A DNA stretch of 64,000 nt, taken from Bacilli bacterium. Lineage in GTDB: Bacteria > Bacillota_I > Bacilli_A > RF39 > UBA660. Below, piece after piece: positions 26,318-36,014 of this stretch; positions within the stretch are counted from its first letter, which is position 1; every line of letters begins with the position of its first letter. The stretch spans positions 7,650 through 71,649 of the forward strand of contig JAFXTH010000014.1 of NCBI GenBank assembly GCA_017525035.1, given 5' to 3'. The translations under genes were made by a program, and so were the position numbers. The notes beneath the pieces were generated by a model. The model did not search any database and was not told the origin of the DNA. It saw nothing but the letters and a program-made list of their open reading frames with translations.

Positions 26318-26800
26318 ATGAAAGAATATATTATTGATTATAGTAAAAGAAATATAGAATTAGAAGAAGAGAAGAGTAAAAGTATTATTAAGGGTTGCAG
26401 TACTTTAGTACTTCTTAATGCTTTATTACTTATTCCTTTAGTAATTGCATTTTTAGAATTATTAAAGATTGATGATATTAGACTTTTTACTATCATATTT
26501 GGATTTACTATTATTGGTTTATTAATAGCAAGTATTATACTAGCTCTTCTTGGTTTAATACTTAATAAATCTTGTTTTACTAGATCTGGTAAATCATTAC
26601 TTAACTCATTATCTAAGAAAGACACAAGTAAGAAAGAATACTTTTTAGATCAAACAATTAGTGATTTAGATTCAATTTATTTAAGAAAACATATAAATAA
26701 TAGTGTTAATAAAACATTCTTATTTATATCATTTTCTCTTAATTGTGCTGCTTACTTAGTTCTAATTGGGGCGGTTATTACTATTATGATTTTTATATAG
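26318..26800 (+). CDS. small multi-TM hypothetical protein
   Basis: Two central TM helices and one C-terminal TM helix. ATG 26318 sits behind GGAGTGA. Confidence 0.5.
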   Translation: MKEYIIDYSKRNIELEEEKSKSIIKGCSTLVLLNALLLIPLVIAFLELLKIDDIRLFTIIFGFTIIGLLIASIILALLGLILNKSCFTRSGKSLLNSLSKKDTSKKEYFLDQTISDLDSIYLRKHINNSVNKTFLFISFSLNCAAYLVLIGAVITIMIFI

Positions 26801-26821
26801 AGGTAAGAACCTCTTTTTTTA
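26799..26821 (+). terminator. rho-independent terminator ending the island
   Basis: AGAGGT-aaga-ACCTCT hairpin plus T7. Confidence 0.7.
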
Positions 26822-26876
26822 ATGATAAAAAAATGATACAATTAATATATAGTTAAACTTTTTAATGGAGGATGAC

Positions 26877-27680
26877 ATGAGTATAGATACAACAAGATTT
26901 AAAAAGAAAATAGATGACATGGACAAAGTTCATGAATTACAACTAGAATTACTATCTTTTTTTGATGATGTTTGTAAAAAAAATAATTTAAGATATTTTC
27001 TTGCTGGAGGTACGCTTCTTGGTGCGGCAAGACATAAAGGTTTTATCCCTTGGGATGATGATATTGACTTAGCAATGCCAAGAGATGATTATGAGAAGTT
27101 TTTAAAACTTGCTCCAACTCTTCCAGAAGAGTATAGAGTATTAATTCCTGCTAAAACTCCTAAGTTTCATTTAGTATTTGCTAAATTAGTTAACAAATAT
27201 TATTACAATGATAGAAAAGACTTAAAAGGAAAGTATGGAATTAGAATGGATATATTCCCACTTGATGGTGTTGGTAATGATGAAAAGACTGCTATGAAGC
27301 AAGCTAAAAAGATCTTATTTATTAAAGGAATATATTCGTTGTCATTTAGAGATAATATCTTTTCTAAGCTTTTATATATGACAAGAATTCATAAGTTAGT
27401 ATATAGAAGACTTGCTAAAGCATTTAATAAATACAATTTCTACGAAAGTAAGTATGGTGGAAGTATTGTTGGTGGCTTGAAAAGATATGATGAAATCTTT
27501 GAATATAAAGTATATAGTGAACCACTTCTAATGGATTTCGAAGGTAAAAAGTTTTCGGGTATGAAATACTATGATGAGTATTTAACTAAATTATATGGTG
27601 ATTATATGAAATTACCACCAAAAGAAAAACAAGTACCAGTGCATGATCTGGACATTTATGATATGAGGGAGAGTGAATAA
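26877..27680 (+). CDS. licD: LicD-family phosphotransferase, copy 2
   Basis: AGGTLLGAARHKGFIPWDDDIDLAM and YGDYMKLPPKEKQ. Paralog of 14563..15363. Confidence 0.8.
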   Translation: MSIDTTRFKKKIDDMDKVHELQLELLSFFDDVCKKNNLRYFLAGGTLLGAARHKGFIPWDDDIDLAMPRDDYEKFLKLAPTLPEEYRVLIPAKTPKFHLVFAKLVNKYYYNDRKDLKGKYGIRMDIFPLDGVGNDEKTAMKQAKKILFIKGIYSLSFRDNIFSKLLYMTRIHKLVYRRLAKAFNKYNFYESKYGGSIVGGLKRYDEIFEYKVYSEPLLMDFEGKKFSGMKYYDEYLTKLYGDYMKLPPKEKQVPVHDLDIYDMRESE

Positions 27681-27681
27681 T

Positions 27682-28422
27682 ATGAACATAGGTGTAATAT
27701 TTGCCGGTGGAGTAGGAAGAAGAATGAGGACGGTTGAGAAACCAAAACAATTTATTGAAATAAATAGTAAACCAATTATTATTCATACACTAGAACATTT
27801 TGAAAACAATGAAGAAATAGATGCAGTTGTAGTTGCATGTGTTAAATCATGGATACCTTATCTAAGAAAATTAATTAAGAAATATGGTATTAAGAAAGTT
27901 AAGAAAATTGTTCCAGGAGGAGATACTGGACAACTTTCTATATACAATGGAATATGTGCTGCTAAAGAAATAAGTACTGGAGAAGATGATATAGTTTTAA
28001 TCCACGATGGAGTAAGACCACTTATAAATTCAGAATTATTAAGTAAGAATATAGCAGCAGTAAAAGAACATGGTACATCAATTACTGCAGGTATAGTTAA
28101 AGAAACTATCGTCGTTATTGATGATAAAGATAATTCAGTTTGCCAAGTTCCAAATAGAGCTAACTCTAGAGTTGCAAAAGCACCTCAATGTTTTTACTTA
28201 AAAGATATTTTAAGTGCACATGAAAAGGCTATGAAGATGAAAAAATATGACTTTATTGATTCATGTACTTTAATGCAATATTTTGGTTATAAAATGTATA
28301 TGACTGATGGGCCTTATGAAAATATTAAGGTAACAACTCCAGATGACTTCTATACTATGAGAGCAATTTTACAAGTAAGAGAAGATAAGCAATTATATGG
28401 ATTAGAAGGAGAAGCAAAATAA
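27682..28422 (+). CDS. IspD/TarI-family sugar-alcohol-phosphate cytidylyltransferase
   Basis: IGVIFAGGVGRRM...KPKQF N-terminal nucleotide-binding motif. ATG 27682 sits behind GAGGGAGAG. Confidence 0.7.
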   Translation: MNIGVIFAGGVGRRMRTVEKPKQFIEINSKPIIIHTLEHFENNEEIDAVVVACVKSWIPYLRKLIKKYGIKKVKKIVPGGDTGQLSIYNGICAAKEISTGEDDIVLIHDGVRPLINSELLSKNIAAVKEHGTSITAGIVKETIVVIDDKDNSVCQVPNRANSRVAKAPQCFYLKDILSAHEKAMKMKKYDFIDSCTLMQYFGYKMYMTDGPYENIKVTTPDDFYTMRAILQVREDKQLYGLEGEAK

Positions 28423-29465
28423 TGTGGAATAACGAAATATACTTAAATGACATTGATATGGTTTTAAATACTAAAAGCATTGATTACAAGAAGTTAAAAA
28501 ACAAAACAGTTTTAGTAACAGGTGCTACTGGTATTATTGGATCATTAATTGTAAACACATTATTGATGGCTAATAAAAAGAAAAAATTAAATTGCAAAGT
28601 TATTGCAATGGTAAGAAATATTGAAAAAGCTAACAAGATGTATGAAGAGCAATTAAAAGAAGATTTAAACTTAAACTTTTTAGTTGGGGATATTAAAGAA
28701 AAAATTGACTGCAAAGATGCGGTTGATTATATCGTACACGCTGCATCAGAAACATCTAGTAAAATGTTTGTTAATGCTCCGCTTGAAATCATTGATACAA
28801 TTTTAATGGGAACAAGAAATGTACTTGATTTAGCAAAAGAAAAGAAAGCTAGTAAAACAATATTCCTTTCTACTATGGAAGTATATGGAAGACCTGAAAC
28901 AGATGAGAAAATTGATGAGAAACATTCTACAAACTTAATGACATGTGAAGTAAGAGATTGTTATCCAATTAGTAAAAGAACAGCAGAGAACTTATGTTTT
29001 TGTTACTCTAAAGTAAATGATATAAAAATAGATGTTTTAAGATTAACTCAAACATTTGGGCCTGGTGTTAGATATGATGATGGAAGGGTATTCGCTGAAT
29101 TTGCAAGATGTGCAATTGAAGGAAGAGATATAATACTTCATACTAAAGGAGAAACAAAAAGAAGTTATCTTTATTTAGCAGATGCAGTATCAGCAATACT
29201 TACTGTACTAACTAATGAAAAATCTAATGAAGTATATAATGTTGCAAATGAAGATACATACTGTTCAATTTATGAAATGGCTAATTTGGTTGCAAAAGGA
29301 CATAACATCAAAGTTAAGATTGAATTAGATGATATTGAAAAGTACGGATTTTCTAAAACATTACATCTAAATCTTGATACATCAAAACTACAACAACTAG
29401 GATGGAAGGCAACAAAGAGCTTAGAGGAAATGTTTGATAACTTGATTAAGACAATGAAGGAGTAG
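28422..29465 (+). CDS. NAD(P)-dependent SDR (epimerase/dehydratase/reductase family)
   Basis: VLVTGATGIIGS Rossmann motif and a Y-x3-K region (YPISKRTAE). TAATG coupling to the upstream gene. Confidence 0.75.
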   Translation: MWNNEIYLNDIDMVLNTKSIDYKKLKNKTVLVTGATGIIGSLIVNTLLMANKKKKLNCKVIAMVRNIEKANKMYEEQLKEDLNLNFLVGDIKEKIDCKDAVDYIVHAASETSSKMFVNAPLEIIDTILMGTRNVLDLAKEKKASKTIFLSTMEVYGRPETDEKIDEKHSTNLMTCEVRDCYPISKRTAENLCFCYSKVNDIKIDVLRLTQTFGPGVRYDDGRVFAEFARCAIEGRDIILHTKGETKRSYLYLADAVSAILTVLTNEKSNEVYNVANEDTYCSIYEMANLVAKGHNIKVKIELDDIEKYGFSKTLHLNLDTSKLQQLGWKATKSLEEMFDNLIKTMKE

Positions 29466-29470
29466 ATAAT

Positions 29471-30445
29471 ATGAAAAAAATACTAATTTTTGATACAGCT
29501 ATTGCTACAAGTAATATAGGTGATGAAATTATAATGGATGGTTGTAGGGAAGGATTAAAGGAAATTTTAGATAATGCTTTATGTTTTAGATTAGGAACGC
29601 ATATAGAAAACTTTTCTCCTATAAAAATGGTGAGAAACTGGAAAATAAAGGCAATATGCGATGATGCTGATTATAAATTTGTTTTTGGAACAAATTGTCT
29701 TGTCAATAGGTTGGGTATCCGAAGTCAATGGCAATTAAATAATTTTAATAAAAAAATGTATAAAGATGTAATACTAGTTGGAGTTGGTAGAATATGTGAT
29801 TTTGAAATGCCAAATAAGCATACATTAAAAATATACAAATCAATTTTTTCAAAAAAATATAAACATAGTGTCAGAGATGAGCAAACTAAAGAGTTACTTG
29901 AAAGAATGGGATTTAAGGCAATTAATACTGGTTGTCCTACACTTTGGTCATTTACAAAAGAAAAGTGTAAAAAAATTCCTCAAAAAAAAGCCAGCAAGTG
30001 TATATTATCAGTTTCAGGATATGCAAAACAATTTAATAGAGAAAAAGATCAAATAATGATAGATACTATAAGAAAAAATTATGATAAATGTTATGCTTGG
30101 ATTCAAACTTATAAGGATGAAAACTATTTAAAATCACTTGCTAATACAGATGATATTGAGTGTATTTATTCACTAAATAAGTTTAAGGAATTATTAAATG
30201 AAGGAGATATAGATTACGTAGGTACAAGACTGCATGGTGGTGTTTTTGCATTACAACATAATTGTAGAACAATTATTATTTCGATTGATGAAAGAGCAAG
30301 AGGTTTCCATGAATCAAATAATATTCCTATTTTAGAAAGAGATGAAATAGATAAATTAGATGATTTAATCAATAGTAATATAAAAACAAATATAAAAGTC
30401 GATTATGCAGCAATTAATGAATTCGTGTCTCAATTTAAAGTATAA
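29471..30445 (+). CDS. polysaccharide pyruvyl transferase family protein
   Basis: N-terminal ILIFDTAIATSNIGDEIIMDG and C-terminal GTRLHGGVFAL, typical of CsaB/WcaK-like enzymes. Confidence 0.65.
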   Translation: MKKILIFDTAIATSNIGDEIIMDGCREGLKEILDNALCFRLGTHIENFSPIKMVRNWKIKAICDDADYKFVFGTNCLVNRLGIRSQWQLNNFNKKMYKDVILVGVGRICDFEMPNKHTLKIYKSIFSKKYKHSVRDEQTKELLERMGFKAINTGCPTLWSFTKEKCKKIPQKKASKCILSVSGYAKQFNREKDQIMIDTIRKNYDKCYAWIQTYKDENYLKSLANTDDIECIYSLNKFKELLNEGDIDYVGTRLHGGVFALQHNCRTIIISIDERARGFHESNNIPILERDEIDKLDDLINSNIKTNIKVDYAAINEFVSQFKV

Positions 30446-30496
30446 TTATTAATGATATAAGAAATTTTTATTAAGAATAGAGTGAGGTGATAAAAC

Positions 30497-32011
30497 ATGA
30501 CCGAATCGAGAACCAAAAATAGTATTAGAAATATGGGCACTGGGATAGTAGTTCAAGTAATTAATATTATAATGGAATTCGTTGTAAGAACAGTATTCAT
30601 TCAAATGTTAAATGCTGAATACTTAGGTGTTAACGGATTATTTGCAAATATTCTTACAATGCTATCTTTTGCTGAACTTGGTATAGGTACTGCTATAATC
30701 TTCAATATGTATAAACCAGTTGCAGAAAATGATCAAAAAAAGATTAAAGCACTGATGAACCTTTATAAAAAAGCCTATAACATTATTGGTATAGTTATAT
30801 TTGTTCTTGGTTTATGTGTCATCCCTTTTATGGGATTAATAATTAAAGATGCACCTAATATTAGTGAAAACTTAATATTTATTTATATACTATTCTTAAT
30901 AAATACTTCATCTTCATATTTCTTTATATATAAAAGATCCATAATAGCGGCTCATCAAAAACAGAGTGTTCTAAATAATATAGATAGTATTTTTTATATT
31001 ATAAGAAGTATAGTAGAGATTATATTCTTAGTAATTACTAAGAACTTTGCAGTATTCTTAATAATTAAGATAGTTGCTACAATATCAGAAAACATAATAG
31101 TATCTCACAAGGCAGATAAGATGTATCCATATTTGAAAAACAATAACGAGAAGTTAGATAAAAAAGAAACTAAAGGTATTTTCGCTAATGTAAGATCTTT
31201 AATTGTATATAAATTTGGGTCAGTCATAATGGATGGTACTGATAATATATTAATTTCAAGCATGATAAATGTTGAGACAGTAGGTTTTTGTTCAAATTAT
31301 ACTTTACTTATAGGCTCTGTTAAGAATGTAATAAATTCAGCATTAAAAGGAGTTACTGCTAGTATTGGTAACTTGAATGCTGTTGAAAGTAAAGAGATAA
31401 AAGAAAGAGTCTTTTATCAATTAACATTCATTAACTACATAATATATTCATTTTGTACTATAGCATTTATAGTATTATTAACACCATTTATAAAGATATG
31501 GTTAGGAGGTAAGTATACACTAAGTCTTTTAGTTGTTATTTCACTTGCTGTTAGTTTCTTTATAACAGGATTAAGAAATCCCGGATATACTTATAGAGTT
31601 ACAATGGGACTATTTAGAAAAGGAAAGATAACACCTTATATAGGTGCAATATCAAATATTATTTTCTCTATAGTATTATGTCATTTTATTGGCTTAGCAG
31701 GAATATTTATTGCTACAAGTATATCTCAGTTATTATCTTATAGCTGGATAGATCCATATTTAATTCATAAATATGAATTCAAAACTTCAGTATTTAAATA
31801 CTTCAAAAAGTTTGTTATATATTTTGCAAGTTTTTCAGCAATAGCATTATTAACATATGTTATTTGTGATTTAATAGCAATAAAAGGAATTTTAGGATTC
31901 GTAATTAAATGCTTTGTAGTACTTTTAATACCAAACATTTTAAACTTATTGTTATTTATGAGAACTGATGAATTTAAACAAACAAAAAGAATGCTTAAAA
32001 ATATACATTAA
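30497..32011 (+). CDS. wzx: oligosaccharide flippase (Wzx family), copy 2
   Basis: Multi-TM protein, paralogous to 15372..16889. Confidence 0.75.
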   Translation: MTESRTKNSIRNMGTGIVVQVINIIMEFVVRTVFIQMLNAEYLGVNGLFANILTMLSFAELGIGTAIIFNMYKPVAENDQKKIKALMNLYKKAYNIIGIVIFVLGLCVIPFMGLIIKDAPNISENLIFIYILFLINTSSSYFFIYKRSIIAAHQKQSVLNNIDSIFYIIRSIVEIIFLVITKNFAVFLIIKIVATISENIIVSHKADKMYPYLKNNNEKLDKKETKGIFANVRSLIVYKFGSVIMDGTDNILISSMINVETVGFCSNYTLLIGSVKNVINSALKGVTASIGNLNAVESKEIKERVFYQLTFINYIIYSFCTIAFIVLLTPFIKIWLGGKYTLSLLVVISLAVSFFITGLRNPGYTYRVTMGLFRKGKITPYIGAISNIIFSIVLCHFIGLAGIFIATSISQLLSYSWIDPYLIHKYEFKTSVFKYFKKFVIYFASFSAIALLTYVICDLIAIKGILGFVIKCFVVLLIPNILNLLLFMRTDEFKQTKRMLKNIH

Positions 32012-32047
32012 AAAGGAAAAAGCAATTTAAACTTTTTCCTTTTATTT
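32012..32047 (+). terminator. rho-independent terminator
   Basis: 11-bp stem AAAGGAAAAAG/CTTTTTCCTTT plus T-rich tail. Confidence 0.7.
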
Positions 32048-32092
32048 TATTTTATTTTATGCTATAATATGAACGAATTTGGAAGTGGTAGT

Positions 32093-33499
32093 ATGAAAAA
32101 GATAAATATTATTAACTATACAATATTATCTATGACAATATTTTCTTTTATCATGCTTTTATTTTATGTTAATAGACTTAATATAATACCATTAAGATAT
32201 TGTTATATATTTACTTTTCTAGATTTCTTTTTGATATTATTTTCATTAATATTTAATAAGTTTGATAGCAAGATTATTAATTATATAGGTATGTTTATTG
32301 CAGTAGTTGTTTTATTAATGAATTCTTTTGGAATTTATTATGTAAAACACTTGGATAAATTTTTAGATAATGGATTTACTGGAGATATAGTTAGATCATC
32401 TACTTATTATTTAGTAACAAGTAAAAATAATAGTGTTGATAAAATAGATGATGTTGCATTTAATTCTAATGTTTATTATTTTAATTTAGGTGATAATAAA
32501 GAAGAAGCTTTTGCTAAAGTAGGTAATTACAATTATATGGAATTAAATGAAATGGATGACTTCTTTATTGGTAGTATCAATAGTGATAATTATCTATTGG
32601 TAGAAAAGAATAATTATAATTTAGTATTTAATGAAGTAGAAGGTTATAGTCAAGACAATTTTAAAGTTATATATGAATTTGATATAAAGACTTCTAGTAA
32701 GAGAAATGAAGAAGTAAAAGATGTTTACAATGTATTGATTTTTGGTAAAGATTTCCTTAATCAAAATGATTTAACACTGCTTGTTACAGTTAATACAAGA
32801 TCAAGAAAAGTATTATTAACAAGTTTTCAAAGAGATTATTATATTCCAACATATGGAACGCAATATAGTGATACATTAGCATTAATGACTCTTCTTGGTG
32901 ATGATACAGTTAGAAAGTCTGTTGGACAGTATCTTAATATTGATATAGATTATACTATTACCGTATACACAGATAATATTGTAGAAATTGTTGATATGAT
33001 TGGTGGAATTGAGTTTTGTTCTGATCAAGCATTCGTTACAAAGCATGCTAAAGTATTAGGTACATATGATGATTCCAAAGGTGATAAAGTTTATATTAGG
33101 AAAGGTTGTCAACATTTAAATGGCATTGAAACTCTTACTGTAGCAAGAGAACGTAAGGCTTTCTATAGAGCAGATAGCAAAAGACAAGAAAATTGTAGAA
33201 AAATACTTATCAGTATTTTAAGAAAGATAGCCAGTAGCAGTACACTTCTTAACTATACTTCTGTTCTTGATTCATTTAATGGGTTATATCAAACAGATTT
33301 AAATAGAACTGTTATAACAAGCCTTATTAGAGACATACTTAGCGATGGTGAGTATGAGATCGTAGAACAGTTTGCAGAAGGGTACAACACATTAGGAAGA
33401 AAGCATCAAAATAAATGGGGTGGTTATGTAACATACCCTAATGAAGAGTCTACGAAAAAGGTTAGAGCTAAGATAAAATCAGTTATGGCAGAGAAATAA
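32093..33499 (+). CDS. LCP (LytR-CpsA-Psr) family glycopolymer transferase
   Basis: LLVTVNTRSRKVLLTSFQRD, LNGIETLTVARERK and KRQENCRKIL. The TGCTATAAT promoter ends at 32066, so ATG 32093 is preferred. Confidence 0.8.
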   Translation: MKKINIINYTILSMTIFSFIMLLFYVNRLNIIPLRYCYIFTFLDFFLILFSLIFNKFDSKIINYIGMFIAVVVLLMNSFGIYYVKHLDKFLDNGFTGDIVRSSTYYLVTSKNNSVDKIDDVAFNSNVYYFNLGDNKEEAFAKVGNYNYMELNEMDDFFIGSINSDNYLLVEKNNYNLVFNEVEGYSQDNFKVIYEFDIKTSSKRNEEVKDVYNVLIFGKDFLNQNDLTLLVTVNTRSRKVLLTSFQRDYYIPTYGTQYSDTLALMTLLGDDTVRKSVGQYLNIDIDYTITVYTDNIVEIVDMIGGIEFCSDQAFVTKHAKVLGTYDDSKGDKVYIRKGCQHLNGIETLTVARERKAFYRADSKRQENCRKILISILRKIASSSTLLNYTSVLDSFNGLYQTDLNRTVITSLIRDILSDGEYEIVEQFAEGYNTLGRKHQNKWGGYVTYPNEESTKKVRAKIKSVMAEK

Positions 33500-33583
33500 A
33501 TTTAATAAAAATCATAATTTTAGTAGCAATTTTAATTTAATATGTATTATAATTATCTTATAGTAGGGTAGGGAAAAATTGGT

Positions 33584-33709
33584 ATGATTAAATTAATTAT
33601 TGGAGCGGTTATGATTTTAGCAATGTTATTTATTTATTCTTCGTTAGTAGCTGCTAAAAGAGCGGATGAAACAGAATATATAGAAGAGGAAAAATTAAAT
33701 TGGAAGTAA
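33584..33709 (+). CDS. 41-aa single-TM peptide (not in ORF track)
   Basis: MIKLIIGAVMILAMLFIYSSLVAAKRADETEYIEEEKLNWK. Followed by a TTGGAA-gtaa-TTCCAA hairpin plus T-run. RBS is weak. Confidence 0.35.
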   Translation: MIKLIIGAVMILAMLFIYSSLVAAKRADETEYIEEEKLNWK

Positions 33710-33804
33710 TTCCAATTTTTTCTTTACTTTTCAAGGGTTTAGTGCTATAATATAGGGCAATTTCAGGGGTTATATAAATTGAAATAATTAAGGGGGATTT
33801 ATTT

Positions 33805-35274
33805 ATGGAAGAAATTAATTTAAAAGAGTTTTGGGATTATTATAAAAGATATCTTGCTTTTGTAATAATCATGATTGTTTTAGCTGTTGGAGCAATGGTA
33901 TCTTATGACTTATTCTTAAAGAAACCAATGTATTCAACTTCTACAACAATATTACTTGTTCAAGCAGATGATAATAGTGGAAGTTCAATTGAACAAAATG
34001 ATATTGCACTTAACCAAAAACTAGTTTCTACTTATAGTCAAATAATTAAAAGTAGATTAGTAGTTAGTCAAGTAATTGATAACTTAGATTTAAATTATTC
34101 ATATAATGAGTTATCTGGAAGAATATCTGTTAAGGCAGTTGATGATACAGAAATATTAAAAATTACTGTAACTGATGCTGAAGGTGAACAAGCAATGAGA
34201 ATTGCTAATGAATTAAGCAGTGTATTCTCAAAAGAAGTTAGAGAAATATATAACATTGATAACGTATCTGTTATTGATGTTGCTATATTACCAACTGATC
34301 CATCTAACATTCATTTAGTAAAAGATATCATTATAGCTTTTGCTGTTGGATTAGTATTAAGTAGTGGTATAGTATTCGTAATATTCTACTTCGATGATAC
34401 ATTAAGAGATGTTGATACATTAGAAAAAGAACTTGAATTACCAGTTCTTGCTAAAGTATTTAAAACAAAAGAAGAATGTGAATTAATCGTTGATGAAAAA
34501 CCTAATTCACCAACTGCTGAAGGAATAAGAAACTTAAGAACAAACTTACAATTCTCATCAGTTGATGAAGATTTAAAATCAGTACTAATTACAAGTAGTG
34601 TACCTAGTGATGGTAAAAGTTATGTAAGTTCAAACTTAGCAATAAGTTTTGCACAAGCTGGTAAAAAAGTATTATTAATTGACTGTGACCTAAGAAAAGG
34701 AAGACAACATAATTTATTTAATATAAGTGGACATAAAGGTTTATCTAACTTATTAATTGGAGACATTAGTACTTACAATGATTATATTGTTAAAACAGAT
34801 ATTAAAAACTTATTCTTAATGTCTAGAGGAACAGTACCTCCAAATCCTAGTGAATTATTAAACTCTAAAAAGAATGAAAAATTAATGGATATCTTAAAGA
34901 ATCGTTTTGATATTATTATTCTTGATGGTGCACCAATTAGTGGATTATCAGATTCATTAATCTTATCTAAATTAGTTGATGAAACAATTATTGTTAGTTC
35001 AATTAACCATACACCAAAATCAGAACTTGTTAATGCTAAAAAAGCACTTGAAAACGTTGGAGCTAAATTAGCAGGTAGTGTTGCGAACCAAGTTGTTTCA
35101 AAACGTGGACAATATGGTGGTTACTATTACTACTATGGTGATCGTAAAGAAATCACTTCAAAAGAAGTTAGAGAAGCAGAAGAACATTTTGATGAAGTAG
35201 ATGAACAAGTTAATATCGTTAGAAAAATATCTACACCAAAGAAAACAAAAGAGAAGAAAGAAGAGTCTAAATAA
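33805..35274 (+). CDS. fused chain-length regulator (Wzz/CpsC-like) and BY-tyrosine kinase (CpsD-like)
   Basis: Two TM helices flank a Wzz-type loop. Walker A SSVPSDGKSYV, Walker B IIILDGAP, C-terminal Tyr cluster GGYYYYYGD. Confidence 0.85.
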   Translation: MEEINLKEFWDYYKRYLAFVIIMIVLAVGAMVSYDLFLKKPMYSTSTTILLVQADDNSGSSIEQNDIALNQKLVSTYSQIIKSRLVVSQVIDNLDLNYSYNELSGRISVKAVDDTEILKITVTDAEGEQAMRIANELSSVFSKEVREIYNIDNVSVIDVAILPTDPSNIHLVKDIIIAFAVGLVLSSGIVFVIFYFDDTLRDVDTLEKELELPVLAKVFKTKEECELIVDEKPNSPTAEGIRNLRTNLQFSSVDEDLKSVLITSSVPSDGKSYVSSNLAISFAQAGKKVLLIDCDLRKGRQHNLFNISGHKGLSNLLIGDISTYNDYIVKTDIKNLFLMSRGTVPPNPSELLNSKKNEKLMDILKNRFDIIILDGAPISGLSDSLILSKLVDETIIVSSINHTPKSELVNAKKALENVGAKLAGSVANQVVSKRGQYGGYYYYYGDRKEITSKEVREAEEHFDEVDEQVNIVRKISTPKKTKEKKEESK

Positions 35275-35981
35275 TGGTTGATATTCATAATCATTTATTA
35301 TATGGAATAGATGATGGTTCTAAATCAATTGGAGAAAGTATAGATGTACTTAAAGATTTAGAACAAGTTGGATACACAGATATTATTCTTACTCCTCATT
35401 ATATTACTGATAGTAGATATGATAGTTCTAGAGATAATAATTTAGAAAGATTAGAAATATTAAAAAAAGAAGTTAAAGAAAATAATATAAATATAAATTT
35501 ATATCTAGGTAATGAAATATTTATTGATGATAATATTTATGAATTATTAAAAGAAGACTTAATAAGTTCTTTAAATGATACTGATTATTTATTAATAGAA
35601 CTTCCATTAAGTGGAGAGTTCTCTGGATATTTAGAAGTATTTAAATATTTGATTCAAAAAGGATATAATGTTATTCTTGCTCATCCTGAAAGATATATAT
35701 CTTTCCAAGATGATTTTAATAAGATATATGAACTTGAAAATATTGGAGTATATTTTCAAAGTAATATAGATAGTCTTGTTGGTAAATATGGACCTAAAGC
35801 AGAAGAGATGATAATTAGATTACTTAAAGAAAATAAATTATCTTTCTTAGCTACAGATATTCATAGTAAAAAACATGACTATAATGTATGGAAGTTAGCA
35901 AAGAATAAAGCGCTTAGATATGTTACTGAAGAAGTATATAATGTATTAGTAAATGGAAATCCTAGCCAGTTAGTTGGTTAG
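35274..35981 (+). CDS. PHP-family protein-tyrosine phosphatase (CpsB/Wzh-like)
   Basis: MVDIHNHLLYGIDDGS and AHPERY. TAATG overlap with the kinase gene. Confidence 0.85.
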   Translation: MVDIHNHLLYGIDDGSKSIGESIDVLKDLEQVGYTDIILTPHYITDSRYDSSRDNNLERLEILKKEVKENNININLYLGNEIFIDDNIYELLKEDLISSLNDTDYLLIELPLSGEFSGYLEVFKYLIQKGYNVILAHPERYISFQDDFNKIYELENIGVYFQSNIDSLVGKYGPKAEEMIIRLLKENKLSFLATDIHSKKHDYNVWKLAKNKALRYVTEEVYNVLVNGNPSQLVG

Positions 35982-36014
35982 GATTTTTTATGCTATAATA
36001 ATATTGGTGATAAT

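Noticed and set aside
17874-26821. Classical integrative element or prophage remnant
   Set aside because: No integrase, recombinase, transposase, tRNA target or flanking direct repeats could be found by eye. The region is called an island only on gene content and interruption of the sugar locus.
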